Positions 9,701 to 18,797 of a stretch of 40,780 nt of DNA are shown piece after piece. Position 1 is the first letter of the stretch, and every line of letters starts with the position of its first letter. The notes under the pieces were generated by a model that saw only the letters and a list, made by a program, of their open reading frames with translations, did not search any database and had not been told where the DNA came from. Made by a program: the position numbers and the translations under genes. Source of the stretch: a virus; IMG/VR virus record IMGVR_UViG_3300045988_047143, positions 1 through 40,780 of that record; one strand, written 5' to 3'.

Positions 9701-10055
9701 AATCCGCTCCGTATTTCTGCGTGGCAGCGTTCAGCTTTTCCTGCGCGGCCTGCACCTGCACGGACGCGGCCTTGTATTTCAGCAGTGCATCCGTGTTCTT
9801 CTGGCTCGCCTGCGCCACGTCCTTTTTAAAGGACTGCAGGGCTTCGGAATTCAGCTCTTTGCTGCCGTCGCCGAAGCCTTTTTTAAACGCGCCGCCAAGC
9901 GTCTTGCCTTGCTTGCCCGCATCAAAACCCTTCGAAAAGGCGTTTTTTATGTTGGAGACGGCTTTGCTGGTTTCTTTCGCCACATTCTGGCGGAATCCCC
10001 GCATTTGAGGGAAAATGCTCACATGCGCGGAGCCAAGCTCACTACCGCCAGCCAT
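6732..10055 (-). CDS. Tail tape measure protein, 1107 aa
   Basis: Largest tail gene. Helical N-terminus, a long Gly/Ala/Val/Ile-rich repetitive hydrophobic core (..VIQALMPVIQALVPLVSG..), and it follows the chaperone pair. Confidence 0.92.
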   Translation of the reverse strand: MAGGSELGSAHVSIFPQMRGFRQNVAKETSKAVSNIKNAFSKGFDAGKQGKTLGGAFKKGFGDGSKELNSEALQSFKKDVAQASQKNTDALLKYKAASVQVQAAQEKLNAATQKYGADSTQAQAAAIRLQQAELKQQTAADTLKASTENLKGAKERLKNLEAELAAQSSKSATGFGAAANAFKTGFSTIGSGVSGLVQKIPLVGSAVKSIGSAAKSVGGAFTGATTVIRGAFGGVKSVASETAGAVKGALGRMWDGLPAGVRSTVSAFGSGFASIGKTVGSFASNVGEKFGEISSKAVEHVKNMATGVVTAVGVGIAAVSAKLVDFGKQAFQSYSDYEQLSGGVAKLYGNMGMSLDDYAKQAGKSAESVRADWERNEAAQKTVMANAQNAWKTSGMSANAYMEQATSFSAALINALGGDTKKAADMTDVAMRAMSDNINTFGSSATDVQNAFNGFAKQNYTMLDNLKLGYGGTNEEMERLIKDANEWGAANGEASNLSIDSFADVIQAIQQIQEKQHIAGTTAREAASTIEGSVSAMKAAWTNWLAELGKSDADMDAVTQNLVNSVMAAAKNVIPRVGVIIKSFVHAIPGMFDTLVSTLPAPFQNAVNAVRGVFSDFGGIIAPVAAALAALGAGGFGGLLANIPLVGGMLKPLTGLLGGLASPIGIIIAMIGALIATSPQLRSEFGTMLTGVLDSLKQAFQTLQPSIKTLMDALNQLVQAVMPVITNVIGQIIPLLTPIISALVGVLVPVIQGVITVVTAVVQALTPVISQISGLVTGMVDAITPLIQGLAPLVEGVGQIVSGVIQALMPVIQALVPLVSGIISAIVGFIGTTLLPTVQAMLPFIQGVISGIASVVSGIVNVIQGVINLVTGLIHGNWQQAWNGFSQIVHGVVQGVLGFLGGIGSAIMGCFAGAGAWLWNAGASIINGLLNGLMAAFGRVKSFVSGIGDWIVRHKGPLSYDKVMLKPAGLAIMQGFDKSLRNGWRGVQKTIDGMNARLSGGFDVAFDTAGMSMPDAGDSFGANVAKDVSDGIRSGLEGVRAAVKDMTVHVDGQVDGSKAGRTNVTNGTPAGGSGGNTFVTQTFNYPAIAPTSISTQQKLQTAAMPQW

Positions 10056-10066
10056 GACAGCCTCCT

Positions 10067-10438
10067 CTATTCACTTATCTTTTTGACGCCGAAAAGACCA
10101 CTCATCGACGCCTCGGCCTCACGACGCTCCTCATCGGTCACTTCGACATGCTTTTCCCCAGCTTTTTCGGGCGCGAGGTCACCAAGAATCGACGTGCCAC
10201 CAGCCTGAATCGCGGTGATGATAGCCGTCGCATCCATCGGCAGCACCATATGCACGGCAGCCATGCCGGTGTAACTGCCCGGGTCTGCCGAAATGCTCTC
10301 GAAGAGAGCTATCGCGTCCGCATAGCGGAGCCTGCCGCCCAAGTCGGCCTGCAGGCTCCATCCACGCGCCGCGAAATCAGCCCTTATTCGGTTTCCGTCT
10401 TCTCCTCGGAGGAGCTGGCAGAAGTCGACGATTTTCCC
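10067..10438 (-). CDS. Frameshift extension of the tail assembly chaperone (GT-like product 10803->10432, -1 shift, ->10067)
   Basis: I translated the -1 frame from GGGAAAA: GKIVDFCQLLRGEDGNRIRADFAARGWSLQADLGGRLRYADAIALF... It stays open to the stop at 10067 and has no independent RBS. Confidence 0.7.
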   Translation of the reverse strand, partial: GKIVDFCQLLRGEDGNRIRADFAARGWSLQADLGGRLRYADAIALFESISADPGSYTGMAAVHMVLPMDATAIITAIQAGGTSILGDLAPEKAGEKHVEVTDEERREAEASMSGLFGVKKISE

Positions 10439-10803
10439 AATTCCACGCCCTGAATCTTCGCGAGAATCTCGCCGTAGGAGCTCAAAATGTTGAATGGGAC
10501 CATTGCAGGCTCCTTCGACAGTTCCTTTGCCGCATCCTCGCCGGCGAAGGCCTCGAGAATGCTCTTGAGCATCTGAATCTGCTCACCATTGGACTGCAGG
10601 TCGGACAGACGGACGAAATCATCAATCGACAGCGCGAGAGGCAGCTTGTAGATATGGCCATGAGGAGCCAGGAACCATACTCCGTCGCCCTTGATGATGT
10701 GCTTCACGTTCATGGCTTCTGCCGACTCCCGCAGAGCCTTCGCCTCGTCTTCTGCAGTCCATGCTTCGAATTCCTCGACAGTCGGCGTCATATTCTTGCT
10801 CAT
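10384..10803 (-). CDS. Tail assembly chaperone (G-like), 139 aa
   Basis: Acidic protein between the major tail protein and the tape measure. It contains the slippery heptamer near its 3' end. Confidence 0.8.
   Translation of the reverse strand: MSKNMTPTVEEFEAWTAEDEAKALRESAEAMNVKHIIKGDGVWFLAPHGHIYKLPLALSIDDFVRLSDLQSNGEQIQMLKSILEAFAGEDAAKELSKEPAMVPFNILSSYGEILAKIQGVELGKSSTSASSSEEKTETE
10432..10438 (-). promoter_or_regulatory. -1 programmed ribosomal frameshift slippery heptamer G_GGA_AAA
   Basis: The plus strand reads ttttccc at 10432-10438. On the coding strand the zero frame reads TTG GGA AAA TCG, matching the canonical X_XXY_YYZ pattern. Confidence 0.7.
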
Positions 10804-10861
10804 TTCTTCCTTCTTTCAAACGACTAAATTTTTCCTTTGCTTCACCGGATTAAAAGGAAGA

Positions 10862-10907
10862 TTCCCAGCACGTGCGAAGAAAGGGAGAAAGAAACACGCG
10901 CTGGGAA
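10862..10907 (-). terminator. Hairpin/attenuator downstream of the major tail gene
   Basis: 13-bp stem (TTCCCAGCgCGTG / CACGtGCTGGGAA, one mismatch) followed on the minus strand by TCTTCCTTTT. Confidence 0.5.
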
Positions 10908-10917
10908 GAATCGAAAA

Positions 10918-11511
10918 TCAGGCTGCCGGAGTGTAATAGGACTCCAGATACTTCGAGTTGCCGGAATCCACGGCCACGTCCACAATCCATTCGCCGGTCA
11001 GCTTGACACCGGACACCTCGCCGCGATTATCCTGGTCAGGTTCGGCGTTCGTGACCTGCACGACACCAAGACGACGACGATGCACGCCACTCTTATACAC
11101 CGTCTCCTGATAGGCAAACCACTTAGCGTCCTGAACGATGTCCTTGACATGATAGACGCCGCTCGAATCCGGCTTGCCCTTCATGATCTCACGAGTCAGA
11201 TCATTGTCCTCGGCGACAGTGAAGCCCAATGTGAGCTTCGAATCTGCTGCCTGCAATTTGTATCCAGGCTGGTGGAATTCGGTGGCGTCATCGCCGTCTC
11301 GCCCATCCTCCGGAGCGCCATCGGAGGTGATGAGTCCGACATTCTGTCCGACCGTGAAAATCCCGGTCAGCTTGCTCATCGGTTCGGCCACGGTCTTCGC
11401 GATCATCGCCGCAGTGAGCGACTTGGAGGCATCATAATGCGCCAGCAGAATCTTGCTGGTAAGCACCACCTTGACAGCGCCAAGGTTGTTGCCGTCTTTA
11501 TCGGCTGCCAT
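10918..11511 (-). CDS. Major tail protein, about 197 aa (start MAADKDGN)
   Basis: Position upstream of the chaperone pair. There is an AAAGGA RBS before the ATG at 11511, and the protein is beta-rich. Confidence 0.8.
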   Translation of the reverse strand: MAADKDGNNLGAVKVVLTSKILLAHYDASKSLTAAMIAKTVAEPMSKLTGIFTVGQNVGLITSDGAPEDGRDGDDATEFHQPGYKLQAADSKLTLGFTVAEDNDLTREIMKGKPDSSGVYHVKDIVQDAKWFAYQETVYKSGVHRRRLGVVQVTNAEPDQDNRGEVSGVKLTGEWIVDVAVDSGNSKYLESYYTPAA

Positions 11512-11582
11512 TGTTTGTCCTTTCAACAAAAAAGGCGCTGAAACACTTGGTTTCAACGCCTTAAAAATTCAGAAAACTTAAA

Positions 11583-12002
11583 TTATTGGAATTCCCCAAT
11601 AGCGGAGAATTCGAGAGCCATGTAGTAGCGTGCGATATTCGCATCCTCGGCCACGGGAAACGGACCATTGCACCCGTCCTCATCAATGCCCGCGATCGGC
11701 GAACCGTCAAGCGAGCAAATATCGGGGTCGGTGAGCATGCCGTAGATCCGTGCCGCCAAGTCACGGCATGGTTTCGGAGCGGCACGAGAGCCATAGCGCA
11801 CGGTCACGCCGACACTCCGGTCGAAGAGCACGCGATTCGACTGCACGCCGCCATCGTCACGCACCACGACGAGAGGCCGTGAACCGTCGTAATCGTCCGG
11901 CTCACGATTCGAAACGATGATCGTCGGAAAAGACTGCTTAAGCCTGGCGCGCAGAAAAGAGCAGATCCACAATTCAATGTCTGGCGGCAAGACTGCTGTC
12001 AT
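11583..12002 (-). CDS. Tail terminator / tail completion protein, 139 aa
   Basis: ATGA overlap with the upstream gene; position between the gp10-like gene and the major tail protein. Confidence 0.65.
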   Translation of the reverse strand: MTAVLPPDIELWICSFLRARLKQSFPTIIVSNREPDDYDGSRPLVVVRDDGGVQSNRVLFDRSVGVTVRYGSRAAPKPCRDLAARIYGMLTDPDICSLDGSPIAGIDEDGCNGPFPVAEDANIARYYMALEFSAIGEFQ

Positions 12003-12277
12003 GTTTTGCCTGCCTTCAACGCCTTGCGGAGATTGCCCGTCTGCGACTCCACGAGCAGGGTCTTCGGGTCGTGGCCGACCACCATGCATGTGGTTCGGTG
12101 CGCATGCTTGACCTCCTCGATTTGGAGGCCGTCGCGATACGCGCCCGTGTCCACCGGAGCATGCGATTTCGCATATTCGAGCGTCTTTTCGGCGGCACGA
12201 CGGGTCATGGCCTTGACGCCAGCCGAATTCAGCAGTTCGTCAAAATATTTGTCGTTGAATTTGACCATCACTCCCAA
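11999..12277 (-). CDS. HK97 gp10-family head-tail joining protein, 92 aa
   Basis: The motif ...SHAPVDTGAYRDGL... is typical of the gp10 family, and the position fits. Confidence 0.7.
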   Translation of the reverse strand: MGVMVKFNDKYFDELLNSAGVKAMTRRAAEKTLEYAKSHAPVDTGAYRDGLQIEEVKHAHRTTCMVVGHDPKTLLVESQTGNLRKALKAGKT

Positions 12278-12283
12278 AAGCCA

Positions 12284-12679
12284 TCACCCCCTGTATTCAG
12301 CTAGTGGAATCTCGATCGTCGGCTGCCACGATGTGAAAGCATTCGCGTCACGGCTCGGATAGCCGCTGACCTCCCAACGTCGCCCGTCATCCGGCAATGC
12401 TTGAATCCTGTCCCTCGGCATGATGTCGAGAGTCGGATCTGGAGACGTGAGGTAAGCCGTGCTCGTGGTCTGCTCGCGCAGACCGTCGGGCGTGCGCGTG
12501 CTGCTGGAGCTGGCGAGAGCGCCGGTGAAATCCAAGGTTTCCGGATTGGACCAGTCCTCGCCAGCCTGCTCGCCGGAATACGGGTCATCGACCTTCCTCG
12601 CACGCAGTCGCCGCCACTTGGTCACGCCCGGCATACGCCATCCGCCGCCACCGGCATTCAGGTCGTCAAGCAGGCTCAT
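12284..12679 (-). CDS. Head closure / head-tail adaptor protein, 131 aa
   Basis: Position and size within the connector block. Confidence 0.6.
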   Translation of the reverse strand: MSLLDDLNAGGGGWRMPGVTKWRRLRARKVDDPYSGEQAGEDWSNPETLDFTGALASSSSTRTPDGLREQTTSTAYLTSPDPTLDIMPRDRIQALPDDGRRWEVSGYPSRDANAFTSWQPTIEIPLAEYRG

Positions 12680-13191
12680 GGCAATCCTCCAAGCCTGTAA
12701 GGCTTGAGCTTGTCCTTCTCCTCCTGCATGAGCGACACCACGTCATACGACGCGCTGGAACCGTTCGTGGACTGGGATTTGACCAATCCGACCGGACTCA
12801 TGCCCGCTCGCTTCGCGGCACTGATGAGCACCTGCTGCACGTCCGGCGCGTCATCGTATCCGGCGTGAATCTCGTAGCGGATGGCCGCAATACCTGCCGG
12901 GAAGCCACCGGACAAGGATTCGACCAAACCCGTCTCAGGGTCGTAGGCGTAGGCCAGTGGATTGCCCTGACGGTCGGTCAATGATTCGATGCTCGTCACA
13001 TGACGTGCTGGCAGTCGGATCACCGTGCCGCCGCGAGTGTTCAGTACTCCCGTCAAGGCCGCGTTCGGCATGACATGCCATCCACATTCGCGGCGGATGG
13101 CCGCCTGCGCGGCCCTGAGCCGGAAGGCGGCGTCATCCTCGAAGGCCGAAGGGTCGGCAATCATGTCGGGAACCACATTCGCATCACTCAT
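12676..13191 (-). CDS. Head-tail connector (gp6-like), about 171 aa
   Basis: GGAGG lies 6 nt before the ATG at 13191 (MSDANVV...). It is the first connector gene after the capsid block. Confidence 0.65.
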   Translation of the reverse strand: MSDANVVPDMIADPSAFEDDAAFRLRAAQAAIRRECGWHVMPNAALTGVLNTRGGTVIRLPARHVTSIESLTDRQGNPLAYAYDPETGLVESLSGGFPAGIAAIRYEIHAGYDDAPDVQQVLISAAKRAGMSPVGLVKSQSTNGSSASYDVVSLMQEEKDKLKPYRLGGLP

Positions 13192-13205
13192 GCCGACCTC
13201 CACGC

Positions 13206-13436
13206 TTACTCTGCAGCCATCAGGCCAGCCGCAATCAGAGAATTGACCAGGGCGTCGAATTCGCTCTTGGTTGGTGTGGCGCCGGCGGCCAAAGCCACAT
13301 GCGTTGCAGGCTTCACTGCAGCGCTGCCAATGTCGGTCGGCTTGCCGTTGGCCCCGACGAAGACCACATCGGCCACGTTGGCATTCGGGTCAAGTTTCGC
13401 CGCCGAGGCTGGAATCACTCGAAACTGTCGAGCCAT
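13206..13436 (-). CDS. Small Ala-rich head-associated protein, 76 aa
   Basis: ORF directly after the capsid gene. Function unknown. Confidence 0.55.
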   Translation of the reverse strand: MARQFRVIPASAAKLDPNANVADVVFVGANGKPTDIGSAAVKPATHVALAAGATPTKSEFDALVNSLIAAGLMAAE

Positions 13437-13447
13437 ATCACGTCTCC

Positions 13448-14653
13448 TTACTTAAGGGTCAGCTTGACGAAAGCCTTCGGCTTGCGCACGGCCAAAGCCA
13501 CACGCTCCTTGGCGCGAATGGTCACCAGATCGGAGATGAAGTCGGTGTCATTGGAATTGGTGGCCTCGACCGTCACGCCGCCCTTGCGGTAGAAGGTGGC
13601 AGCGCCCTTAAAGGAGCCGACGATGGCTGTGCCGGCGTCGACAGCGGGAGTCACCACGGTGTCCAGACCCCAGAGGCGCGGAGTGATGGTCAGCGCGCCG
13701 CCATTCACGCCGTAGAACGGTCCACCGCCGATGAAATTGCCATCATTGTCCTTCTTCAATCGAATGGCCTCATAGTCTGTCGGATTGATGACAAGGGCAT
13801 CCGGCATCATGCCGGTCGTGGTGGAGATCATCGACTGCGCGTGCAGTACGGCAACGTCATTGCCGGCGTCGGTAGCGGTGTATGACTGGATTCCTTCACG
13901 ATTCAGCAGGCCCTTGATGTTCTTGCCGGTACCGTCGCCGTTGAGCAGCTGCTTCTCCTCGACGATGCTCAGATCGTAGAGCAGGCGTCCATCGATGTCG
14001 GACTTCAGAAATTCGAGGTCGGTGATCATGTCGTTGGACTCCTTGATGAATCCAGCGATTGTGGATAATGCGTCGGTGTGCTCGGTCGCGTCGGCGTAAT
14101 GGATCTGGCTGAATTTCTCGCCTTCGCCGACGGTTTTGAAATCGCCTTCCTTTTCGCCTTCCACGTAGTAGGTGATGGCCTGTCCGCTCATCGCGCCGAC
14201 ACCGAATAGGTTGGTGATGGTCGGACGACGGTAAGCCTGGACGAAATTCGGGTCCACGTAGGTCAGCAGGGAGCCGTACACGCCGGACGGTCCGCCGGTG
14301 ACCTGCGTGTCAGTGTTGGCCTTGCGGCGCGGAGCCCATTCCGGTGCTGCGATTGACGCTCCCGAAACTCCCTTTATCTTCGCCAGCTGTTCGCCGATGT
14401 TCTCCACGACGAAATCGCCAAGAGACTCGCCGGATGCGGCTCCGCTCTTCTGGGTGTCCGCCAGATTGTCGGTCAATCCCGCGAAACGCTTATGCACCGC
14501 ATCCAACGTTTCGATGGAATCCTGCAATTCGTGCGCTTCGGCGTTCAGCCCCTTCAGCTTCTCGATGTCGGAAGCGTCAAGATTATCCTCGCCCTTGGCA
14601 AGCACCGCTTCGATGGCGGCCTTGGTCTTGGCGAGACGATCATTGAAACTCAT
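13448..14653 (-). CDS. Major capsid protein, HK97 fold, 401 aa
   Basis: N-terminal helical delta-like region followed by a capsid body. It follows the prohead protease with an ATGA overlap and has an AAGGAG RBS. Confidence 0.92.
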   Translation of the reverse strand: MSFNDRLAKTKAAIEAVLAKGEDNLDASDIEKLKGLNAEAHELQDSIETLDAVHKRFAGLTDNLADTQKSGAASGESLGDFVVENIGEQLAKIKGVSGASIAAPEWAPRRKANTDTQVTGGPSGVYGSLLTYVDPNFVQAYRRPTITNLFGVGAMSGQAITYYVEGEKEGDFKTVGEGEKFSQIHYADATEHTDALSTIAGFIKESNDMITDLEFLKSDIDGRLLYDLSIVEEKQLLNGDGTGKNIKGLLNREGIQSYTATDAGNDVAVLHAQSMISTTTGMMPDALVINPTDYEAIRLKKDNDGNFIGGGPFYGVNGGALTITPRLWGLDTVVTPAVDAGTAIVGSFKGAATFYRKGGVTVEATNSNDTDFISDLVTIRAKERVALAVRKPKAFVKLTLK

Positions 14654-15420
14654 TTGGTCTCCTTGTTGTCCTTGCCGCCAGTGACCAGTTCACGGGCGGA
14701 TTTGATTACATTCAGACGCTCGGCCTCCTCAGCTTCCGCGTCCCTACCCTTATCAGGGGCAAGCTTCTTATCATCCTTTTTCTCGCCGGTCTTGGAATCA
14801 TCCGGCTTATCTTCGTCGGAAGTGCTGGAATTGTCGGAATCGATGCCTTCCAACACCTCGTTCAGCGACGCCAATGCCGCACGAAGCTTCTCCTCGTTGG
14901 CGGAGCTGATGGCGCGACCTGACTTGACGGCCAGAATCTCGGCCTGCTGGTTCGCGGCCACCGGCACCACGCTGATCTCGAAAAGCTTGATCTGCTGGAA
15001 TTCGGAATGGCCGCCCCACGGGCCGTCGCCCTTTTCCGTGATCCAAGCGGTCTTCGTCGGCACGAAGCCGATGCTCATCTGGTGGACCCTGCCATCCTTG
15101 AGCAGGTCGTAAGCCTGCTGGGCGGTCGGATTATCCTCGATATCGAGCTGGGCCGAAATGAGCAGGCCCTTCTCGTCCTCGACGGCGCTCAAAGTGCGTC
15201 CGATGATGTCGGTCGGCTTGCCGTCCTGATGGTTCCAATGGATCGGGATGCCTGCTCCACCGTCGTAGTCCTTTTCCAAGGTCTCCGCGAAAGCGCCCTT
15301 GGCGATCACGTCGCCCTGCAGATCCTTGTTGCCGAAAGTGCTGGCGTATCCGCTGAACACGCCTTCACCTGCGGAATCGTCCAAGGATTTCACGTTGAAT
15401 CTGAGCTGTTTGAGATTCAC
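14650..15420 (-). CDS. Prohead maturation protease (HK97 / S78 family), 256 aa, with an acidic scaffold-like C-terminal tail
   Basis: N-terminus ...GVFSGYASTFGNKDLQGDVIAKGAF... is typical of the family. GTG start overlapping the portal stop. Confidence 0.88.
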   Translation of the reverse strand: MNLKQLRFNVKSLDDSAGEGVFSGYASTFGNKDLQGDVIAKGAFAETLEKDYDGGAGIPIHWNHQDGKPTDIIGRTLSAVEDEKGLLISAQLDIEDNPTAQQAYDLLKDGRVHQMSIGFVPTKTAWITEKGDGPWGGHSEFQQIKLFEISVVPVAANQQAEILAVKSGRAISSANEEKLRAALASLNEVLEGIDSDNSSTSDEDKPDDSKTGEKKDDKKLAPDKGRDAEAEEAERLNVIKSARELVTGGKDNKETK

Positions 15421-16700
15421 TGTCCTTCTCCGTTCACTGGATTGTTCTGTTGCGCGTTCTGCGTCCTGCCGCCATCCTGCGGGCTGGGCTGGCCTCCGGT
15501 TGCCACATTCAAGGGCGTCACCAATTCGTCGCCACCATCAAGCTTCGGATAGTTAAGGATGCGCCGCGCCTCGTTCGTGGTCATGAAACTGCGCCCCGTG
15601 GCAGTGCTGAGCGCCTGATACTGCTCGGAGAACGTGCCGCGCAGCTTCGCGTCAACATTCGCTTCGATGTAGGCGTCCGGCTGTCCGAGCGCGTCTGGCA
15701 GCAGCAAATTGAGCGACTGTTCGAAAGCCACGATGTACGGCATGAGCTCCACATTCCACATCTGCTCCTTGAAGGAAGCGATGTTGGAATTCGTGCCACT
15801 GCGAAAGCCTAAATTTTCTGGCGCGATATGGAAGGCGTTGGCCACGTCTATGCGAATCCTGTCCCTCGCGTCGATGTCCTGCATGTCAATCGGCTTGAAG
15901 GCGTCCACGGTCTTGATTTCCATGCCGTCGTTGAGCAGCGGCCAGCCACCGGCAAGATTGCCTCCAGCCTTGTAGTTCCTCATGCCCTGCACGAATTCGT
16001 CCTGCGCCTCCTGCGACGGCCACGGCATCTCCTTCGGACGCGAGATGTACGCCGGAATCTGACCGCCGTTATGCGCTATCGCACGCCGATATTCGGCCAT
16101 CTCACGAGCCTCCGCCAAAAGCGGTGCGAGAGTGCCGGACACCGGAGAACCGCCGATGCCAGACGTGCTATAGCCCACATCCAGCAGAATCTGCGGGTCT
16201 GGCAGTTTGAAATACTGGCTGCCTTCCGGCTGTCCGGTACTGATCTGCACGCCGGTGATCTCATCAAGAGTGTTGCCGGAAAGAGTGAAATTCTGCACCG
16301 GAATACGCCGCAGCCACAATCTGCCGGACTGCCTGTCGGCATCCAACAGACAGAGCCAACGGTCATTGAGCAGGCCATCGCAGAGCAGCGAGTAGAAGAA
16401 TCGGTAGCGCGTCATGCCAGGAAGCACACTCGGTTTTGCCATCAACTGCGCCAACGGGCTTGTGGTGTCCTCCACACGGTCACCGTCATGCTGGCGAGTG
16501 TAGACCTTGAACGGCATGCTGGCGATATTCCGCGCGATATGGTCGATGACGGTGCGCACCGCAGCCTCTCGCTCGTAGACTCCGGCGCCGAACCAATCGA
16601 TTGGCAGCTGCGCGACCTGCGAAATGTTGACTGGCGATTCGGAGAACTTCTGGGCCACGGATACCGGGCTTTTCTTGAGCCATCTGGAAAAGAACCCCAT
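15417..16700 (-). CDS. Portal protein (HK97 family), 427 aa
   Basis: Size and position directly after TerL, with a GAGGAGG RBS. Confidence 0.9.
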   Translation of the reverse strand: MGFFSRWLKKSPVSVAQKFSESPVNISQVAQLPIDWFGAGVYEREAAVRTVIDHIARNIASMPFKVYTRQHDGDRVEDTTSPLAQLMAKPSVLPGMTRYRFFYSLLCDGLLNDRWLCLLDADRQSGRLWLRRIPVQNFTLSGNTLDEITGVQISTGQPEGSQYFKLPDPQILLDVGYSTSGIGGSPVSGTLAPLLAEAREMAEYRRAIAHNGGQIPAYISRPKEMPWPSQEAQDEFVQGMRNYKAGGNLAGGWPLLNDGMEIKTVDAFKPIDMQDIDARDRIRIDVANAFHIAPENLGFRSGTNSNIASFKEQMWNVELMPYIVAFEQSLNLLLPDALGQPDAYIEANVDAKLRGTFSEQYQALSTATGRSFMTTNEARRILNYPKLDGGDELVTPLNVATGGQPSPQDGGRTQNAQQNNPVNGEGQ

Positions 16701-16717
16701 GAAACCTCCTCACTGGG

Positions 16718-18331
16718 TCATACGACTGCGAAATGGGTCACGCTCGGCGCATATTTCGGTTTTTCGTTTTCGACTTGCATGGTCTCCAACGCGTAAAGCG
16801 CCTGCGATTCGGCCACTAGGCCAGAAATCTGCAATGCGGATTTCGTCCTGTCCCACACCTCGACCTCGCCAAGACGCCGGGACACGGCCACACTCACCTG
16901 CTGTTCGATGGCAGGCTGCGGAAGATGCCGCAACTTCCCCTCACGTACACGGTCATGGAAACGACCACAGCACGCGCCGAGGCGGAAACCCTCGATGAGA
17001 TGGACGTTCCAGCCTTTTTCGGTGAGCGGGTCGATGAAATCGACTGCCGGACATCCCTTCGACTGCACTGCTATCTCGCAGATGCCCGGCCAGCTCTCAC
17101 GAAGCAGATCCAAAAAGTGCGGCACCCACAGCATGCCGTCACGACGAGCAATCAGCTCCACATGGGGCAAACCGTCCGTACGCATTCCGGCAGCGGCCAC
17201 ATACGTTGTCTTACGGTCAGCCGACGTGTCCACGGACAGTACGACGCGATTCTCGTCCGGAATCGTGGAACGCGAGTCGAGGCCGCCAGCCCACATTTTC
17301 GGATTGATGAAAGGAATGATGTCAGCAGTGACCCACTGGCACAAGACCTCGGTGCGAAACGCGGCCTCGGTCATGCCGTCGATATCCGATCGGACGCTCA
17401 TGACGGTCATCGGCCCATAGCCGAGCGACGGATTCGCCTGCCGGATGGCGTCGGCATCATCCACCGGACACTTGTCAGGGGCGCTCCACTCGAAATACCC
17501 GAAGCTGCCGTCCTGTTCGCCGGACAGGAACGCGTCGGCCGGATTGCCACCGTCGGCGCTCAGGCGCGTCCACTCGTCAACAAGCTTGCGGCCTTTGTCC
17601 ACCTGCTTGCGAAGCGCGACGCTGCGATAATCGCCCGCATTGCTGATGCCCCACAATTGGGAGCTCCAGACGGCCTTCGTGGTCTGCGACACCGCGTTCC
17701 AGCCATCGTCCGTATGCTGCTCACGCAACTCATCGAACACGACGCGGGCAGCGCTCTTCGCGCGAATGTTCTTATCGGCGCGGACGATATACCGGGCCTT
17801 CGAACGGGTGATGATCGCCTCCTCGCCGTTCGTGTTGACGAATTTCTGCGTCATCGCGGCGAGATCCGGAATCACCAGATCCTCTTCCTCATCAGTCGCC
17901 GGAGCAGGATTACACCATTCTTTGACCTGATTGTAAGGACCCTTCGCATTGTCCAATGTCTGCGCTGCGCCGACCACCAGGAATTTGACGGGCGGCACCC
18001 TGTCGGGATGCTTGTTGGAGTCCACGAACAGCCACCATGCGGCCAGCACGCCCATAAGCGTCGTCTTGCCGTTCTGTCTGGCCACAAGCACGATGACCTT
18101 GCGGAAACGATAACTACCATCCTCAAGCAGTTCGAGAGCATGCACTAAAAGCCATTGCTGCCACGGGTAAAGGTGGACATGCAGCATGATCTCCGCGAAC
18201 GCGATCACCGCGAAACCATTGCTCGTCTCCCTCGTCAACGGCCTGAGCGGCGGCGTAAAGATACGCGGCAAAGTCACGCCATGACTCTCATCGTCGATGG
18301 CACCGAAAACCGTAAGATTCTCAGCCGCCAT
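16718..18331 (-). CDS. Terminase large subunit, 537 aa
   Basis: Walker A-like VARQNGKTTL, a C-terminal nuclease-like half, and a GAGGAGG RBS. Confidence 0.92.
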   Translation of the reverse strand: MAAENLTVFGAIDDESHGVTLPRIFTPPLRPLTRETSNGFAVIAFAEIMLHVHLYPWQQWLLVHALELLEDGSYRFRKVIVLVARQNGKTTLMGVLAAWWLFVDSNKHPDRVPPVKFLVVGAAQTLDNAKGPYNQVKEWCNPAPATDEEEDLVIPDLAAMTQKFVNTNGEEAIITRSKARYIVRADKNIRAKSAARVVFDELREQHTDDGWNAVSQTTKAVWSSQLWGISNAGDYRSVALRKQVDKGRKLVDEWTRLSADGGNPADAFLSGEQDGSFGYFEWSAPDKCPVDDADAIRQANPSLGYGPMTVMSVRSDIDGMTEAAFRTEVLCQWVTADIIPFINPKMWAGGLDSRSTIPDENRVVLSVDTSADRKTTYVAAAGMRTDGLPHVELIARRDGMLWVPHFLDLLRESWPGICEIAVQSKGCPAVDFIDPLTEKGWNVHLIEGFRLGACCGRFHDRVREGKLRHLPQPAIEQQVSVAVSRRLGEVEVWDRTKSALQISGLVAESQALYALETMQVENEKPKYAPSVTHFAVV

Positions 18332-18341
18332 CGCAACCTCC

Positions 18342-18704
18342 TCAGCCGAAACGCTTCATAAACTCATCCATCGCGATGACCTTGCCGCTCTTCGACTCCT
18401 CGGCCTTCGGCTCAGGCTTCGCCTTCGCGGGACGCCCAACCTTGGCGGGCTCCACCAACGTCAAACCAAGCGACTGGCAGTATTTCAAAAACGTCGGCAC
18501 CGACACATTGTCCAATTTCCCGTTCTCATCAATGAAACCAGTCTCGCAAACCGAATCAATCCGAGCGGCAAGGATACGCGCAGCGGCCACGACAGCCGCA
18601 TTCTCAGCACGCAACGACTTCGCATTGCGCAAAGACCGTTCCAACGCGTCAGCCACGGACTCATGAGGAAAACGACGCTCGGAAACACCCTTCTTGACTG
18701 TCAT
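18342..18704 (-). CDS. Terminase small subunit (P27-like size), 120 aa
   Basis: Immediately upstream of TerL and downstream of HNH. It has a basic C-terminus and a GAAGGAGG RBS. Confidence 0.65.
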   Translation of the reverse strand: MTVKKGVSERRFPHESVADALERSLRNAKSLRAENAAVVAAARILAARIDSVCETGFIDENGKLDNVSVPTFLKYCQSLGLTLVEPAKVGRPAKAKPEPKAEESKSGKVIAMDEFMKRFG

Positions 18705-18757
18705 AGAGCCTCCTTCGCGCGCGACCCATCAACAAAAAAACATCATCGGGGAGAGGA

Positions 18758-18793
18758 AGAGCAACCACGCGGGCAGTGTTGCGTGGTTGCTCT
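18758..18793. terminator. Strong 13-bp-stem hairpin between the 98-aa gene and TerS
   Basis: AGAGCAACCACGC-N10-GCGTGGTTGCTCT. A T-run (GTTTTC) follows on the plus strand, and T7 lies about 20 nt downstream on the minus strand. It could be a terminator or part of the packaging (cos) region. Confidence 0.45.
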
Positions 18794-18797
18794 GTTT

